Positions 42,186-56,381 of a stretch of DNA of 64,000 bases are shown piece after piece (position 1 is the first letter of the stretch; the number at the start of each line of letters is the position of its first letter). A program made the translations under genes and the position numbers. The notes under the pieces are model-generated. The model was not told the DNA's origin. It did not search any database and saw only the letters and a list, made by a program, of their open reading frames with translations. Source of the DNA: Paramecium tetraurelia (Eukaryota); NCBI GenBank assembly GCA_000165425.1, contig CT868659.1:186001-250000 (forward strand), given 5' to 3'.

Positions 42186-45100
42186 ATGGAAGCTAGTGAT
42201 GCATTACTAAGTAAAGCCCTCAAAATAGGATGCACGGTTACTCTGTGTTATAAGGATGATGATGGAAAGAACTACTATGCATGTTGCGAAGGTTTTACAT
42301 CAATGAAACTGAGATTACTACCGGCATCGAGGATTAAAGAATAGGGACGCTTGAATTAATGTCTATTTAAAGTGGTGCCTCCATTTTAGTTTGTGGAATA
42401 TAACAAGGGGAAGGAGGCATTCCATCAGAAAGAGACTTTGAACCAAGTTACTAATGTTGATTAAAGAGGTAAGGAAGTTACCATTATGGAATAGACTCTA
42501 GACTCGAATTTCCAAAGCAAATTAAGCTAATGTAGGATGAATCATCGTTGAACAAGGAGTCCCTTGAGAAGATGAAAGAACAATCCATATTTTTTGGCCA
42601 AACCATCCAATTCATTCATCAAGCAAGCAACAAATACTTGAGTTATTTGAAGGATTAGGGAAGTGATTACGAAAGTGATAGTTGGAAAGCTACTTTGAAG
42701 AAGGAACATGGAGAAGACACTCAATTCAAATTTTAGGCTTCATTCTCATTCTAATAAGAGACAGGAGGCTTAATTTTTGATGAAGACACTGTCTACATCG
42801 TGAGTGTTTTGGACATGAGTGTCGAGCCAGGATTGCATGCCTCCAATAAGAAGAAGGATAGAGAGAAGAGAGAGTTGAATGTTGCTCCTGAGAAGAGATC
42901 CTTTTGGAAAATCAATATATTCTCCAAGTTTATGAAAGATGAATTGGGGTACTTGTCAGTCTTTGATGTCATCTGGATCAACTATTCCGAAACTAATGTA
43001 AATGAATCTATTGAGTTATTAGTTGAATATGATTGTGCAAAAGTATTCCCCAGATGAAAAGAAGAAATATTTGAAATTTGAAAAAGGGCAAGATTCAGAA
43101 TAGATCAATTAATTTATAGGAGACAGCAATGGAATGTATGTTATCGAGAATATTGATCCAGAAAAAGGAGACTTTTTAAATGGTGGTTATGTTGAATGGG
43201 TTAATGAATACAGACTTAAACACTTAACATCCAATTATTATCTGAAATTAGAAGAAATAACTGAGAATCACGGTTCATTCAGATTGGTTGCAGTTGAAAG
43301 TATTTCTGAGTCATCTATTTTCAAATTTGGAATGATACATTCTACAATAATAAAAAAGGAGAATCAAGAATTCTTAACTAAAGATTCCTATTTTAGATTG
43401 TCGTCAAGAGACACAGATAATTAATTTTGGTTGAAGATAGATACTGTTGGTCCTAATGAAATTTATAAAATTGAGGGTGACAATTTCATTGAAGATATTA
43501 CAATCCCTATTTTCAATTAAGATAAAAAGGATGAGCATGTATTTAATTTGGCTTGCGCATCCTTAAACGAAGTTAGGTTTATTAAGTATTTATTATCTTG
43601 CATGAAAATCTTAAAAAGAAGTAAAGAATATTTAGATGTTGATTTGAATAATACTAACTTTTTTAAAAATTCTCAGTTCCAAGACATTTACAAAAAGTTG
43701 GTTGTGAGATCATAACACTTGGAACAAGTATTAGATGATTTATATCTACTTTGCCATAACAAATTAGAAGGTTTTGTGTCTTTCGATTCAGAATTTGGCT
43801 TCCCACATCCTCATACATAAAATCTTCTCAAAGAATAATATTTCTTTGAAATTCTAATATAGATTCTTGTGATTTGCTTCCCAACTTAGGAGAGTTTATA
43901 GAAGGCAGATGAGCCTGTTGAATTGGTTTAAGTGACTAAATTATTATCAGAAGAAAAACAAGTAGATCTGAATCTTGAAAAATAAATTATAGCTAGGTTT
44001 GTTGAGAAGAAAAAAATCATCTGCACTAAGATCTTTAAATTATTACAAGCTATGGTCATCGATAACATTTAAAATCAAGAATATTGTTCTAAATATTTAC
44101 CTATTCTCTCAATGCAAGCCATGTATTTGAATGGAGCCATTAGTACAATCATTTCAATCATTCATAACTTTGAAGAACTTCTATTGAATCTAAATAAAGA
44201 TGATAACCCACTTGATATGCCATAATAAATTTTTAAGGCAGCCTCTATTAAGACTCCTTCAATTAATCAAAATAAATAAAAGAAGAGAAGAAGAAATGAA
44301 ATTAATAAACCAATCATCGATTATAATGCCTAATATAAAATCTTGTGTAAACAGATAAAGGAATCAACTCCTGTTCAACTACAAACATGGGATTTACTTA
44401 TGTTCTTCACTACAATGTTGAAGAGCAATCAGTTCAAATTTAACAAAAAGATTGAAATTATGTACTTCTTAAAAGAATCAGTTTGCTTTGAAGAAAAAGG
44501 TATCAATATTAATCAGGAATCTGCTTATAAATATATACTTTCATCATAAAGGGTATTTGAAGATGAAATACTTATAAGATTAAAGAGTGATGGTCCTTAA
44601 TTGAAGGTTTACCGAGGGGATTAAGAAAGCACTCTTCTTGATTATTATCATAAATATTCAAGCAACAATGATCCAAGATTATTGAATTTTATTCCTTATG
44701 TTTAGGAATTGATGAGAATGTATTCGAGAATGTGCAATTCCAGAAACTATACTTGGAAAAAGTTTGCTGAAAACTTCTTTAATGTGGAAAGTTTAATTGA
44801 AAATATTTAAAACAATCAATATAACGTTGAAATTCGTTCAATTATTTGTAGTCTCTTGAACAAATTGTATGTTGACCAAGAACCAAGAAGAATAATCATT
44901 TGGCCAGAACTTTGTAAAATTGTCAGAACCAATAGGAAATAAAATAAAAATGATATCAATAATACAATGCTTTCAGAAGGCAAATAGCAAAACAAAGTTA
45001 CTAAAACTGATCCAGTCGATATTCCTAAGGTCCAAGAGAAGATAAATGGATATCTAGCTGACTAGTTGATTTTTGTATAAAACTAATCAGATCTTGTGGA

Positions 45101-48100
45101 TTTAAGTAAAGGACCAACAGAAAGGCATTAAATGTTAGGAATTGTTTTCAACAATGCCCCTGAAATATATAATGAACTTACTTTAGAAGTGATTAAGTTA
45201 TTTAAACTATTGATTTAATTTGGAAAATATTCTATTGTCATTGAGGAAGATGAAGAAAGAACGATCAAAAAAAATTAGTAGTTGTTTTCTAATATCAGAG
45301 CATTAACTGCCATTTTAGAGTATAATTCAACTTATCCAGAAGTAAGAAAGATCTTGTCAATTAAAAGAAAGGAAGAGGAAAATTAGAAGAATAGCGCAAA
45401 TTTTTTAGGATTTGGAAATAAGAATAAAAAGAAAGAGGATGAATAAGGTTAAGTAAAGTAATAGTATTCAGGTGAAGATGATGCTGAAGATTTATCCGAA
45501 GCTGAAAACTTCTAAAAATAAGTTGAATTCCTCTCATTGAGAATGAATCAATTCATGTATCAACAATAATTACCCAATGATCCATTGATTAAATTAGAAG
45601 TTTGTGAAATATTAGATCTATATCTTGATAGCAAAATGGATTTTTATCTTAATAATTTGAAATTATAATTCTCACAATCGGTAAACAAATTAAATCTATT
45701 TAATGATGTTTTTAATGGTGATTTGGACATTGACAATGAATAACATAAAGAGAAAATTCAATAGCAATTCAGAGACACAATCAAGAAAAGTCTTGATAAC
45801 ATGTTACCGGCAATTATGAAAACAGGAACAAAGGTAGATGATGAAATTTTTAAGAAGAAAGATGAAAATCAAATCTTTGGACTTATGAATATAGCTAATA
45901 TTGCCAATATTGCAAACAAGTTGGTTAACACAGATGAAGATTAAACAAAGGTTAAATCTTTAGATGCTATAGAATTAAGTAATATCATTCAGTTTTCAAT
46001 ATTCCCTTCTTTGATATCTATTTTTTGTCTAAATCAGAGTCTCGATTTAGAATCAAAGATTCTCCACATTTTGACTAGATTCTATAATTAGAGACATGAA
46101 TTTGCTTATTTATCATCTAATCTCTTATTGTTGTTTGATGATACTAATATTACAATATTTAAAAAATCCAAAAAGAAAATATTAGTTTTGGCCAAATGTG
46201 TAGATGAATCAGAAACTTGGGTACAAAATTTAGACGAACCATAAAATTTGAAAACTTTGGAATTAGTCTAATAGCACTTCGAATTTTTCACTTAATTACT
46301 TTTCAAAGGTTCGTACTTGAATGAATCTTAAGAATTAGAAAAAGGACATGAAGGACAAGTTGATAGTATTAGATAAGATATGATGAGACATCTGAAAGTT
46401 GACAAATTGGGAGTTGATTTAATCAAGGACAGTGTTTTTATGGTAGAATAAGAAGATATTGATCCTGAATTGCAGTTAAAGTTGAAGAAGATGTTTTAAG
46501 TGTGTCTCACTTTCTTAAAATACTTTTGCATGAATAACCTAACCAATTAGAATGTTATGGCTTAACACATAGTAGCATTGATATCTAAACTGAATACAGA
46601 TTTGGGTTAGGTTGAGTTACTCTGTGAAATATTTAGAGATAATAAGACAGTTTGTTATGAGCGTTCTCAAGAGGTCATCGATGATTTTGTCAGATTAATT
46701 ATTACCAATGGAAGAAGGGTTAGATATTTGGAATTCTTTTTAGTGATAATGTAAATCAAAACTGAATATATCTCTCAAAATTAGAAGGCTGTTTTAAATT
46801 TATTCATTGACCCTAGGTACAAGACTTAGTTGTTTTATATGTTACCAAAGGCTGAAACTGATGAACATCCAATATTTGATTTTGAAACTAAAATACATGA
46901 GAATCCAAATTACAAAGATGAACCATATGATTATCATTAAAAATTTATTGAAGTTTGTGCTTAATGTACGATAGGTAAGGAAGGTTTGCTTAGTTCAGAA
47001 AATAAGTTGAAGGCTTAAATTACTTTTAAATATGTGATGGAGTTGTTATTGGAAAAGGATGAATTTTCTGAATTCATTGAACCTCCCAGTGGCTTGGAAT
47101 CTGAAAAATAATTTATTGAGATCCCAGTTCACAAGTAAAGATCATAATTGTAAAGTGGAATCAGCATCATACCACTTAATTAAGCGAAAGTGGAAGGGAT
47201 TACAAAGCTGAAACCATCCTTATTAGATTTACTATTTTATACATATCTAGAATCAGAGAAGATATCTGAAGAAGTGTTTTCATGTTTTGACATGATCATC
47301 TAATTTATTGCAAATGAGAAGGATAGAATTATGAGATGCAAGAACTTCATTCCATAATTTTATGATTATTTCTTTAGTAATCTGATGTTGGTGTTAAATG
47401 GATTGGTTAAAGTATTGAATAGAGAATTGGGATCCTAAGCATTAGTGCAAGGTTCTAAACTATAGAAATAATCCACCGAATTTTATAGGGAACTTGAAGA
47501 ATTGAGGAACTTCTTAACAGATTAATTTACTTCTAGGCTTCAATTAAGCAACCGTTAAAAGACCTTATTACAGTATTTTAAAGATAATATCATTATGAAG
47601 GAGGAATTAAACAAATAAAATTAAGATGATTAAAGGTATTAGTAAGAGAAGGAGAGATAAAAGAATCGATCTAGATAGGCTTCATAATATAAGACTCCAA
47701 AAAGGTTACAAACGATTTAAACATCAAAAAGAGAATTAAGTACGGATTAAATTTGGAAAGAATTATGGGATATATTTTTAACTGAATTCTTGGATAGTGA
47801 AGAATTAATGGAAGCTATCAATAAAGAATAGATGGCTTTTGCTTAAGCCATCTCAAAGGTTGAAGAGATATTTATTAAAGATAAAATAGTTCATCAACAA
47901 ATTAATAAACAAATCATTTTTTAAAGACTCATTGCATTTTTAGAAAAGTCTTCAGCTTCAGCTGATAACATCACAACATTTAAACTAATATTGAATGTAT
48001 TAAGAAATTTTATTCATATTGAGGATGAATCAGAATTCACTCCTGATATGGATGAAGAAGAAAAAAAGAATATTGTATAGAGACAAAAAAAAGATAATTA

Positions 48101-50805
48101 GAACTTTTTAAATAGCAATAATGCTATGTAGATGACATTAACATTGCTGAGTGATATTTCAGATCCGATCAATTCCCAGAAGATCTTTAGTGAATTAATA
48201 CAATTTGCAATCGATCTTCTAGATGGAGGAAATCAAGATATTTAAAAATCAATTTGGAATTATTTTTAGAACTTTACAGAGAGTGAAACCATATTTTTAA
48301 GATTACATAACGAATTTTAGAAAGCTATAAAGAATATGAAAAAAACAGATGAAATGTAATAGTAATTCGGATTCTAAAAACAACCAGATTTAATCAATTA
48401 GATTTTAAGATTACTCTAATTATTCGCAGAAGGACATTATAGTGAGTTATAAGAATATATGAACTTCCAAAAGTTCAATCATCATTCACATAATCTAATC
48501 TAAGATTTTATAGACTTGTTATAATCCTATATGAGTGCTGTAGAACCTGATTATTTTGACAATATGGTCCAGAACTTCGATACAATAACTGAATTTATTC
48601 AAGGTCCTTGTAGAACTAATTAGAAAGCACTTATTGAGGCTAACTTCCTAGATCTAGCCAATAAACTATATGAAATAGATGAAATAGCTTTAGAAATACA
48701 AGATGAAATTATTGAGGATGAGGAGTTCCTTGATGACGATAACCAGGAACTATACAATGTGTAAAAGCATTTGCCCAGATGGATGATTGCATTCCTCAAA
48801 TACAAATGTTCTATTACCTTGATATCCTTATTGGAGGATCGGGAAGGAGATGAAATTATTTAAAGAATTCAAAAATCCATAAGCAATGAAAACTTGAAAT
48901 AGAACATCAGTAATATATTTTACATGTTCCAATTATATTCGAATGAAATTTATGACCTTAAATTGTTTGGTCACTTTACTAATACTCTACCCAAAACCAA
49001 AGAGGAAAGAACCAATTGCAGTTTTATCATAGAAACTGGGTTCAACCTATTTTTCATTTACTAGATACATTAAAAAACAAAGAACAAAACTGTATAATAG
49101 AGTAAGAATGAGGAGGAGGAAACTGATGATATGACTTAATAGTTATTAAACAATCCCCTCTATAAGTTACTTCTACTAGTATAGAGTTTAATTAAAAGTT
49201 TGTAAGATAGTGCATTGCAGGTGGCGAAGATCTATAAAAAAACAGAGCAATAGACTCCAAAAGAAAGGATGGATAAATTACAATAGGCAAGACAATAACT
49301 ATTTCCAAGAGCATATAAGTTCTTTTTATCTAAGACTGCTAAAATAGAAATAATGTTGGAAAGCAAAAATGTTGAGGAAACATACTTTTATATTCCCCCT
49401 TACTGTTAACTTGATGATGATGTCAAGAGAAACTTTAATGAGACTGCTAATAGGAATTCGAACAAAGCTAAAGTCACATCTTTGGTTGAAAGTTCAGAAG
49501 AAATAATAAAAACTATGAAGTTGAATTACAAAATTCAAGTTTATTTAAATTAAATTAAAACACTTCAAGTGATTATAGAGAATATAGATTTACTCAGAGA
49601 CATAGAGTTTATCATCGCATTATTAATTAATATATTTATTTTCCTATTTTATAAGAAGAAGTACATTGGAACAGAAATAAATGCTGATCTTTCAGAAACA
49701 GAAAATTGGTCAGATGAAGATAGCTTTGAATATCAGGATGTAATAGATGCCTTGGGAATTTTATCAATTGTACTCTCAATTTTGATTGTTGCCTTCTTCT
49801 TAAGCAGAAACGCCCCATTGCTATTAGAGAAGGCTTGGAGTGGTGTTGGATAAGAGAAATTAAATCCCCTTGCTTATTTGATAAGGTTGCTCAAAACAGT
49901 CTATTACTTATTATCAGACTTCTTTGCCTTGTATTATATAATGTATGGAACAGCAGCAGTATTGGGTCGATTTGTTCACAACTTTTTCTTTTCATTCCAC
50001 TTGTTTGAAGTGATGATTAGATTTCCATTGTTACTGAATGTAGTTAAGTCTGTATGGAATCCAAGAAAAATGATCTTGTATACAGGACTCTTATTGTTGA
50101 TCTTCATGTTTGTATTTACAGTTTTTTCATACAGAATCTTCTATGAAAGCTATAATGCTGGGTTCTGTGACTCGATGTGGATATGCTTTTTGTCAACACT
50201 AGACTCTGCATTCAAATATGATCAAGGTATAGGTGGTTTCCTTAAAAACCCATATGAAGTTTATCCGGATGATGAGGTTAAATTGGTATTGAGATTCGTT
50301 TTTGATAATTTCTTCAACATTTTAGTTATCATTGTTATGTTAAACATTGTTGCTGGTATCATTATTGACACTTTCGGTGAATTAAGAGAGCAATTGCAAG
50401 AATACAATCAGGATTTGGAGAATTAATGCTTTATTTGTGGTTATGACAAAGAAACAATAGAGAAGGAATCAATCAATTTACAAAACTTCTCTGATCATAT
50501 TAAGAAAGAACATTACTAATGGTATTATCTATTTTATATTGCCTACTTGAGAGAAAAGGATCCAACTGAGTATACAGGTATTGAGAGTTATGTTGCAGAT
50601 AAATTGGATGCTGTTGATATCACATGGTTCCCTTTGAATAAGTAAGTTTTATTAAGTAATTTTTAGAGCCCTATGTTTGAAGAAGGACTTTGGAAATGAA
50701 GAGGAGAAAAATATTGTTACCTCGCTTGAATCTATCAAAGAGAATGCTTAAGAACTAAAAAATATTTTGGTTGAAATCTAAACAGAAATAGAAGAAGAGG
50801 ATTGA
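42186..50805 (+). CDS. IP3R/RyR-superfamily intracellular Ca2+-release channel (Paramecium CRC family), ~2850 aa
   Basis: MIR-like YRLKHLTSNYYL, RIH-like segments, LRLLQLFAEGHY, TEFIQGPC, TM region with LNIVAGIIIDTFGELR, CFICG...HIKKEH, EYTGIESYV; introns near 42998 and 50642. Confidence 0.93.
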
Positions 50806-50912
50806 TTATTTTATCTATATTACACATTGTCTTTTATATTATTAATAATATCTAAGAATTAGCAATAATTAATAATCAATTAACAATATTTGTAATAAAT
50901 TTGATAAATTAA

Positions 50913-52113
50913 ATGATTCACAAAAATGTAGTATTTGGAAATCATATCACAGCCCATAAGTTGGAAAGATTAATTCAAAAATAGAAGATTTTATTGAAAT
51001 CTCCTTTAGATTAGAAACAATAAACGAAAAATAGGAAAATTTGCAAGTCTAAAAGCTTCAGATTTGAAATTCAGCCACATGTATTTTAAACAGCACACAA
51101 CTCTACTTTCAAAAATTAACCACTATTATTATTACCTATTGATAGGAGTCCTAATCGCCGTTCTTCTTCTAAGCCTGTTTTAGAAGTCTTTTCAAGAAGT
51201 TAGAATTCAATGACAAGTTTATAATTAAAAAACGCTATCGTGACTAATAAATTGCAGAGGAGATGGAGTAATTATGAATTAGTAAGTGAGAAATAAAAGC
51301 GTCTAAACAACAAAGCTCCAAAATCAGTAATTAAATATCAATATCTTATGGCTGTAAAAGCAAAGAAAAAGAAAATACAAAGAATGAAAATGCAATACAG
51401 TAAGTTCATCTTAGTATATAGAGTTTTTGGGGAAAAAGAATAATAAGGTTAGAAAAACTAGAAGTAAAACATTGCCTTTAAATCCTGTAATCAAAATGAG
51501 ACACAAAAGAGCTTAAACAGTTATTGGAGAACCTTATGAAGGACTCATCTTTCCTTTAGAGGATAGTTTAATTAGAAAAATCTTTAAATTAATAATGTCC
51601 AAGAAAGCAGCAGTTAAAAGATAAACATGTTTTTAGCTTCCAAAAAGAAGTATGCTACTTTCAAAAGAAAAATTAATTAGATTTTAATAGTAAATTAATG
51701 AAAAGCTAATTTCATAATCAGAATCAGACAGCTAAATTGAGGGATCCCCATATTTGGATTCATTAAGATCGAATCAAAGAAGAGTTTATTTTGAAGAAAA
51801 AAAAAATTAATTAAAAATTATGTCAAAAAAGAAGAAAAATCTCATCAAAGCATTAGTAAATAAGCAATCTTTTAATATAATTAATTCTTATGTTGCATAA
51901 AAGGTTAAGACTTAAAATTCTTAGCATTAGCATTCTCTCCATTAAAAGAGTACTCAACAAACCCTGTGTGATTTTATGTCCAAATAAGGGGATAGATTGA
52001 CTACAATTCATAGTACACATGAGCAACCTCAAATCTCGTAGAAAACAAAACGATCAAAATTGTTAACTAAGCTATTCCCTTATATATAACCTTAGAAAAT
52101 TATCAATAAATGA
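50913..52113 (+). CDS. Basic low-complexity hypothetical protein; 3' end approximate
   Basis: Starts MIHKNVVFGNHITAHKL; Lys-rich; 22-nt intron near 51400. Confidence 0.45.
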
Positions 52114-52246
52114 AATTCAATTTTCCAAATAACTTGTACTTTTAAATATATAAAATAATAAGTTAAATTTAAGTAATTTTTTATAAGGTATGACTAGAAA
52201 ATTTAATATAAATTGTAATATAAATTTTAAAATATTTAATTCTTTC

Positions 52247-53140
52247 ATGCCTTTATTATTAATTTGTGGTCCACCAGCAAGTGGTAAAACTCAAAGAGCA
52301 TTAGAAATACAGAAATTGGTTAAGGAGAAGCTAAATAAAGAATCCATCATCATTAATGAAGAGAATTTACATCTAATAAAGGATGATGCTTACAAAGACA
52401 ATACAAGTGAAAAGATGACAAGAGGATTTTTGAAATCTAATGTTGAAAAATATATCTAAGCTGGCTAATTAGTCATATTTGATTCTATTAATTATATTAA
52501 GGGATATAGATATGAACTATATTGCTTAGCAAGAGCTGCCAAAACTACAAATTGTCAAGTAATCTTACAATTTTAATTAGTTATATTTAAATGTGCCATT
52601 GGAGATATGCCAAAAAAATAATGAAACAAGAGAGAATAAGTTCAATGATAACTTATTGATTGATTTATACAAAAGAATGGAAGTTCCTAAATAAAAGGAT
52701 AGATGGGAATGTCCTTATTTCGAGGTTAGGTTTTAAGAGAAAACCCCATTTGAGGAGATGATAGAAGTGCTATTTTTTGCAGAGAAAACAGCTAAGGATC
52801 CTGTTGCTACAAAAAAAGTAATTAATTTTTAATAATATTTAAATAGGAATAATAAAATGAGGGAAATTTTGTACATGAACAAGAAAAGAGGGTCTAGGAG
52901 ATTCTAGATTAAATCTTAAATAAGTAAGTTGAGTGTATTTAAATTGGAAATGGATCCATAAAATTTTAGGGTACTAAATCCACCCTTATTTTAAAACGAG
53001 CATTGAGCATAATTGAACTAAAGAAACTAAGATTAGAGTTCTTGAACATGCTCAGAATTACTCCAGTTAAAACATTAGAACAGACTAATGAGGCTTTCAT
53101 AAATTTTATCTAAGCTCAAGTTGAGCGATTAGGACAATGA
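52247..53140 (+). CDS. KTI12: KTI12 homolog (Elongator-associated P-loop protein)
   Basis: MPLLLICGPPASGKT, IFDSINYIKGYRYELYCLAR, MEVP..KDRWECPYF; 2 introns. Confidence 0.9.
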
Positions 53141-53253
53141 GATTTTCTTCTTTTTTTAGACATATATTTATTTCATCGTATATTATAATTTTGGAAGATT
53201 TTAATTTCTACATTTTATTTTTCCATCGAATTATTAAATAAATCTATATATAT

Positions 53254-54378
53254 ATGGTGTTATAAGAATCTAATACATCTTAATTTTTTCTCTATCTTTT
53301 TTCATTTACTAATGAATCTAGCCTTTGACTCTTAGGCTGTTGAACTTTTAACAAATTATGAGGACCTTCTAAATTAGACGCTTGATCAAAGCCAACTTGA
53401 ATAGATATGTCATGAACTCATAGACACCTTCTGTAAATTTAAGAATTATTCTTAGTTCTATACATAGAGGAAATGTAAAACTATAAAAGTGAAATATGTC
53501 TCGAATTGAAATCAAAGCAAACTGAAATCGACATGCTTCACTTACAAAATACTAAATAAATAAATCAACTCGAAGATCAAAAAGGAGATTTAACAAGACA
53601 GATTGAAATATGCTAATAATTAGAATTATAGTTGTAATGCTCTGAGAAGAAAACCTAGAAATCTGAAAAAGAAATCCTATAAGTCGAAGCTGAACTCAGA
53701 AAAAAACTTCATCAGCAGAATCAATAATACAGAGATCAAATTTAAATCCTAACAAGTGTGCAAGAAGAGATAGATAAACAGATTCTTCAACTCTCCAGAG
53801 AGAAGGGATAACTGTAATTATAATTCGAACAACTCTAAAAGAAATATGAGGAGTAGTAATTCTTAATTTCAAATTTGACAGAATAGTTGGCCAATTTACA
53901 AACAAATTCAAGTTTCAACACTAAAATATAGCAAAATAATGATGTTGTAATGGATAGTTAAGATGACTCTATTGAAATTAAGCCTCAAGAAAAAAGAGGT
54001 TTGTATTCAAATTGTATTTCACATAATTAAATCAATTTCAAATGGGAAAAAATTTAACCTAGTATATCATCCATTCGGAATTCGATGACAGTTATCAATC
54101 CAACCAATACAGGATGTGACTTATAATCAAGACAAAAAATTAAATCTTTGGCTCTTCTGTACAATAAACCTCAGAAGCAATGTGATCCCTATTATGAATT
54201 TTTTAAATTGGTACTTCCTAAAATTTAATATTTTTAGATTACTCAGTGTGTCAAGTTAGACTTGGGATAAGCCCATATATTTACAATGAACTTTGATTAT
54301 CTTTTTGAAAAATTTAAAAATAATTGTGTTCCATTTAATCAATGGTATAAGAAAATACTTGATGAGATTTTTACATGA
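53254..54378 (+). CDS. Coiled-coil hypothetical protein
   Basis: Coiled-coil N-half; C-terminal DPYYEFFKL..TQCVKL...VPFNQWY; one intron. Confidence 0.65.
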
Positions 54379-55077
54379 AATATTGTTAATTTTTATATTT
54401 AAATATGTCTATTTATTCATCTGAAACAACAACTTTTATATAACTATAATTAGTACTTTTTAGTAAAATTTGTTTCAAATTTTTATTTATTTTATGCAAG
54501 TAAAAACTACATTTAAAGTAAAAGTGAGGTTGAATATATTTAGAAGAGACGTAAAGTCGATTTCGTAAATTCAAAATTTATAACCACTTTTGAAGCAAGA
54601 ATTTTGAAATAATAATTTAAATGAAAAAGTAATTTAGGATGATTTTTATGGAGGTTAAAGATTTGCTAGTTAATTTGATAAATTAAAAGGTTAAAAAGCT
54701 CCTTCTTTCATTAGCAGAAGGAATTTATTTGCAAATTATTTAGCCTAATATTTTTACAAAGTTATATAGTTTTTGAATAATGTGAAATTGGTGAAAATCA
54801 AATCTTTAAAGATGCATTAGAGCTTTTTGGTGAAATCAAAAATGACTGCTTCCAAAAACAAAGGTATTTTTATTTAGGATGTATAATTGTTAAGAATTTA
54901 GATACTTTAAATAGTGTTTAGATATATATTATTAATCTAATTAGATTTACTTGTATTTTCTAAATTAATACTATTAAATTCTGTTGTTAATCAATAATAC
55001 TATGAATTAGCAAATCACAGAATGATCACTACATATTTTAGTTAAATATATATTTATACAATATTATTAATATTATA

Positions 55078-56148
55078 ATGCAACCATAACAATTAAAATA
55101 ACAGCCTTAATAAATAAAAAAAATAGAGGGTCCATCTATGAGTCCTTATGGGAAGATCAAGTTTGAGAATAAGCAATAGTAGAATTCACCAAGCATACAG
55201 GTAATAATCAGATTAACAATTAGAAAGAGATTGGCTAATATGTGTATAATTTGAATGATGTGATTGGGACTGGAGAATTCAGTTCAGTCTATAAAGGTCA
55301 GGATTAAAATACAAATGAAACAGTGGCTATCAAGATTATTGATAGGAAAAGCATTTAAAACAATTAAATTTTTCGAAATTTATTAGTTAATGAAATCAAC
55401 ATCCTCAAGTCAGTTGAGAATAAATGCTTGCTTAAATTATTCAATTACCTTGAAACAATGAATAATATCTATATCGTAACTGAATTTTGTTCTGATGGTA
55501 ATTAGTCAGTGGATTTTAGGTGATTTGCAATCTATAATAGAAAAAAAAGGATACTTGCCAGAACACAATGCAGTGAAGATTTTAAAACATCTCATTAAAG
55601 CATTGCTTTATTTAAAGGAAAGAAACATTGTACATAGAGACATTAAGACATAAAATATATTAGTTTCAAATCAAATACCCAAATTAGCAGATTTTGGATT
55701 TGCTGTTGACTTAAATCAACCTCAAACAAGGTATTTATATAATAAATGTAGAGAAATTTTATAAATAGGAACCCCATTATACATGGCACCAGAAATATAT
55801 TCTCATTATCAATATACTTCTAAAACAGATTTATGGGCACTTGGTATAGTATTTTATGAAATGCTATATGGTATGAAATCATGAAATAAATAGGAAAGGT
55901 ACCATTCAATGCTAAAAACCCTAAAGAACTTGAGCAAATGTTTTAAATGCATAAAAAGAATTAAACTATTTAATATGAGAATGGCCCCTAAAAAGTCACA
56001 GAGGTGGCCTAAGATTTTATAAATTCCATATTAGTGATTGATCCTAAATAAAGATTTGATATATCATAGGCTGCCAATCATCCATTGATATAAAGTAATT
56101 TTTATTTTTAAATAAGACCCACACCCACATGCAAACAAATAAAATTGA
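55078..56148 (+). CDS. Ser/Thr protein kinase (ULK/CAMK-like)
   Basis: [40 protein letters not shown]; 5 introns. Confidence 0.9.
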
Positions 56149-56381
56149 TGTATTGTTAATTATAATAATCAAATATCTATTGAATATAATAAGATATAAT
56201 TATTATTCCATTTTTTAAAATACTGATAAGAAATACGAATCTATATTTTACTAAATAATACTTAATTTATTATTCAGTAATTCATTTTCAATATAAGTTA
56301 TTATATAGAACTTTAAGTTTCTTATCGAAACATTTTAAATTCATTAATTGGTTAAATACATCATTTCAAAATATATTAAAT

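Noticed and set aside
54494..54960. Possible gene fragment between the coiled-coil gene and the kinase
   Set aside because: Only short coding-like patches with no consistent frame or recognisable homology
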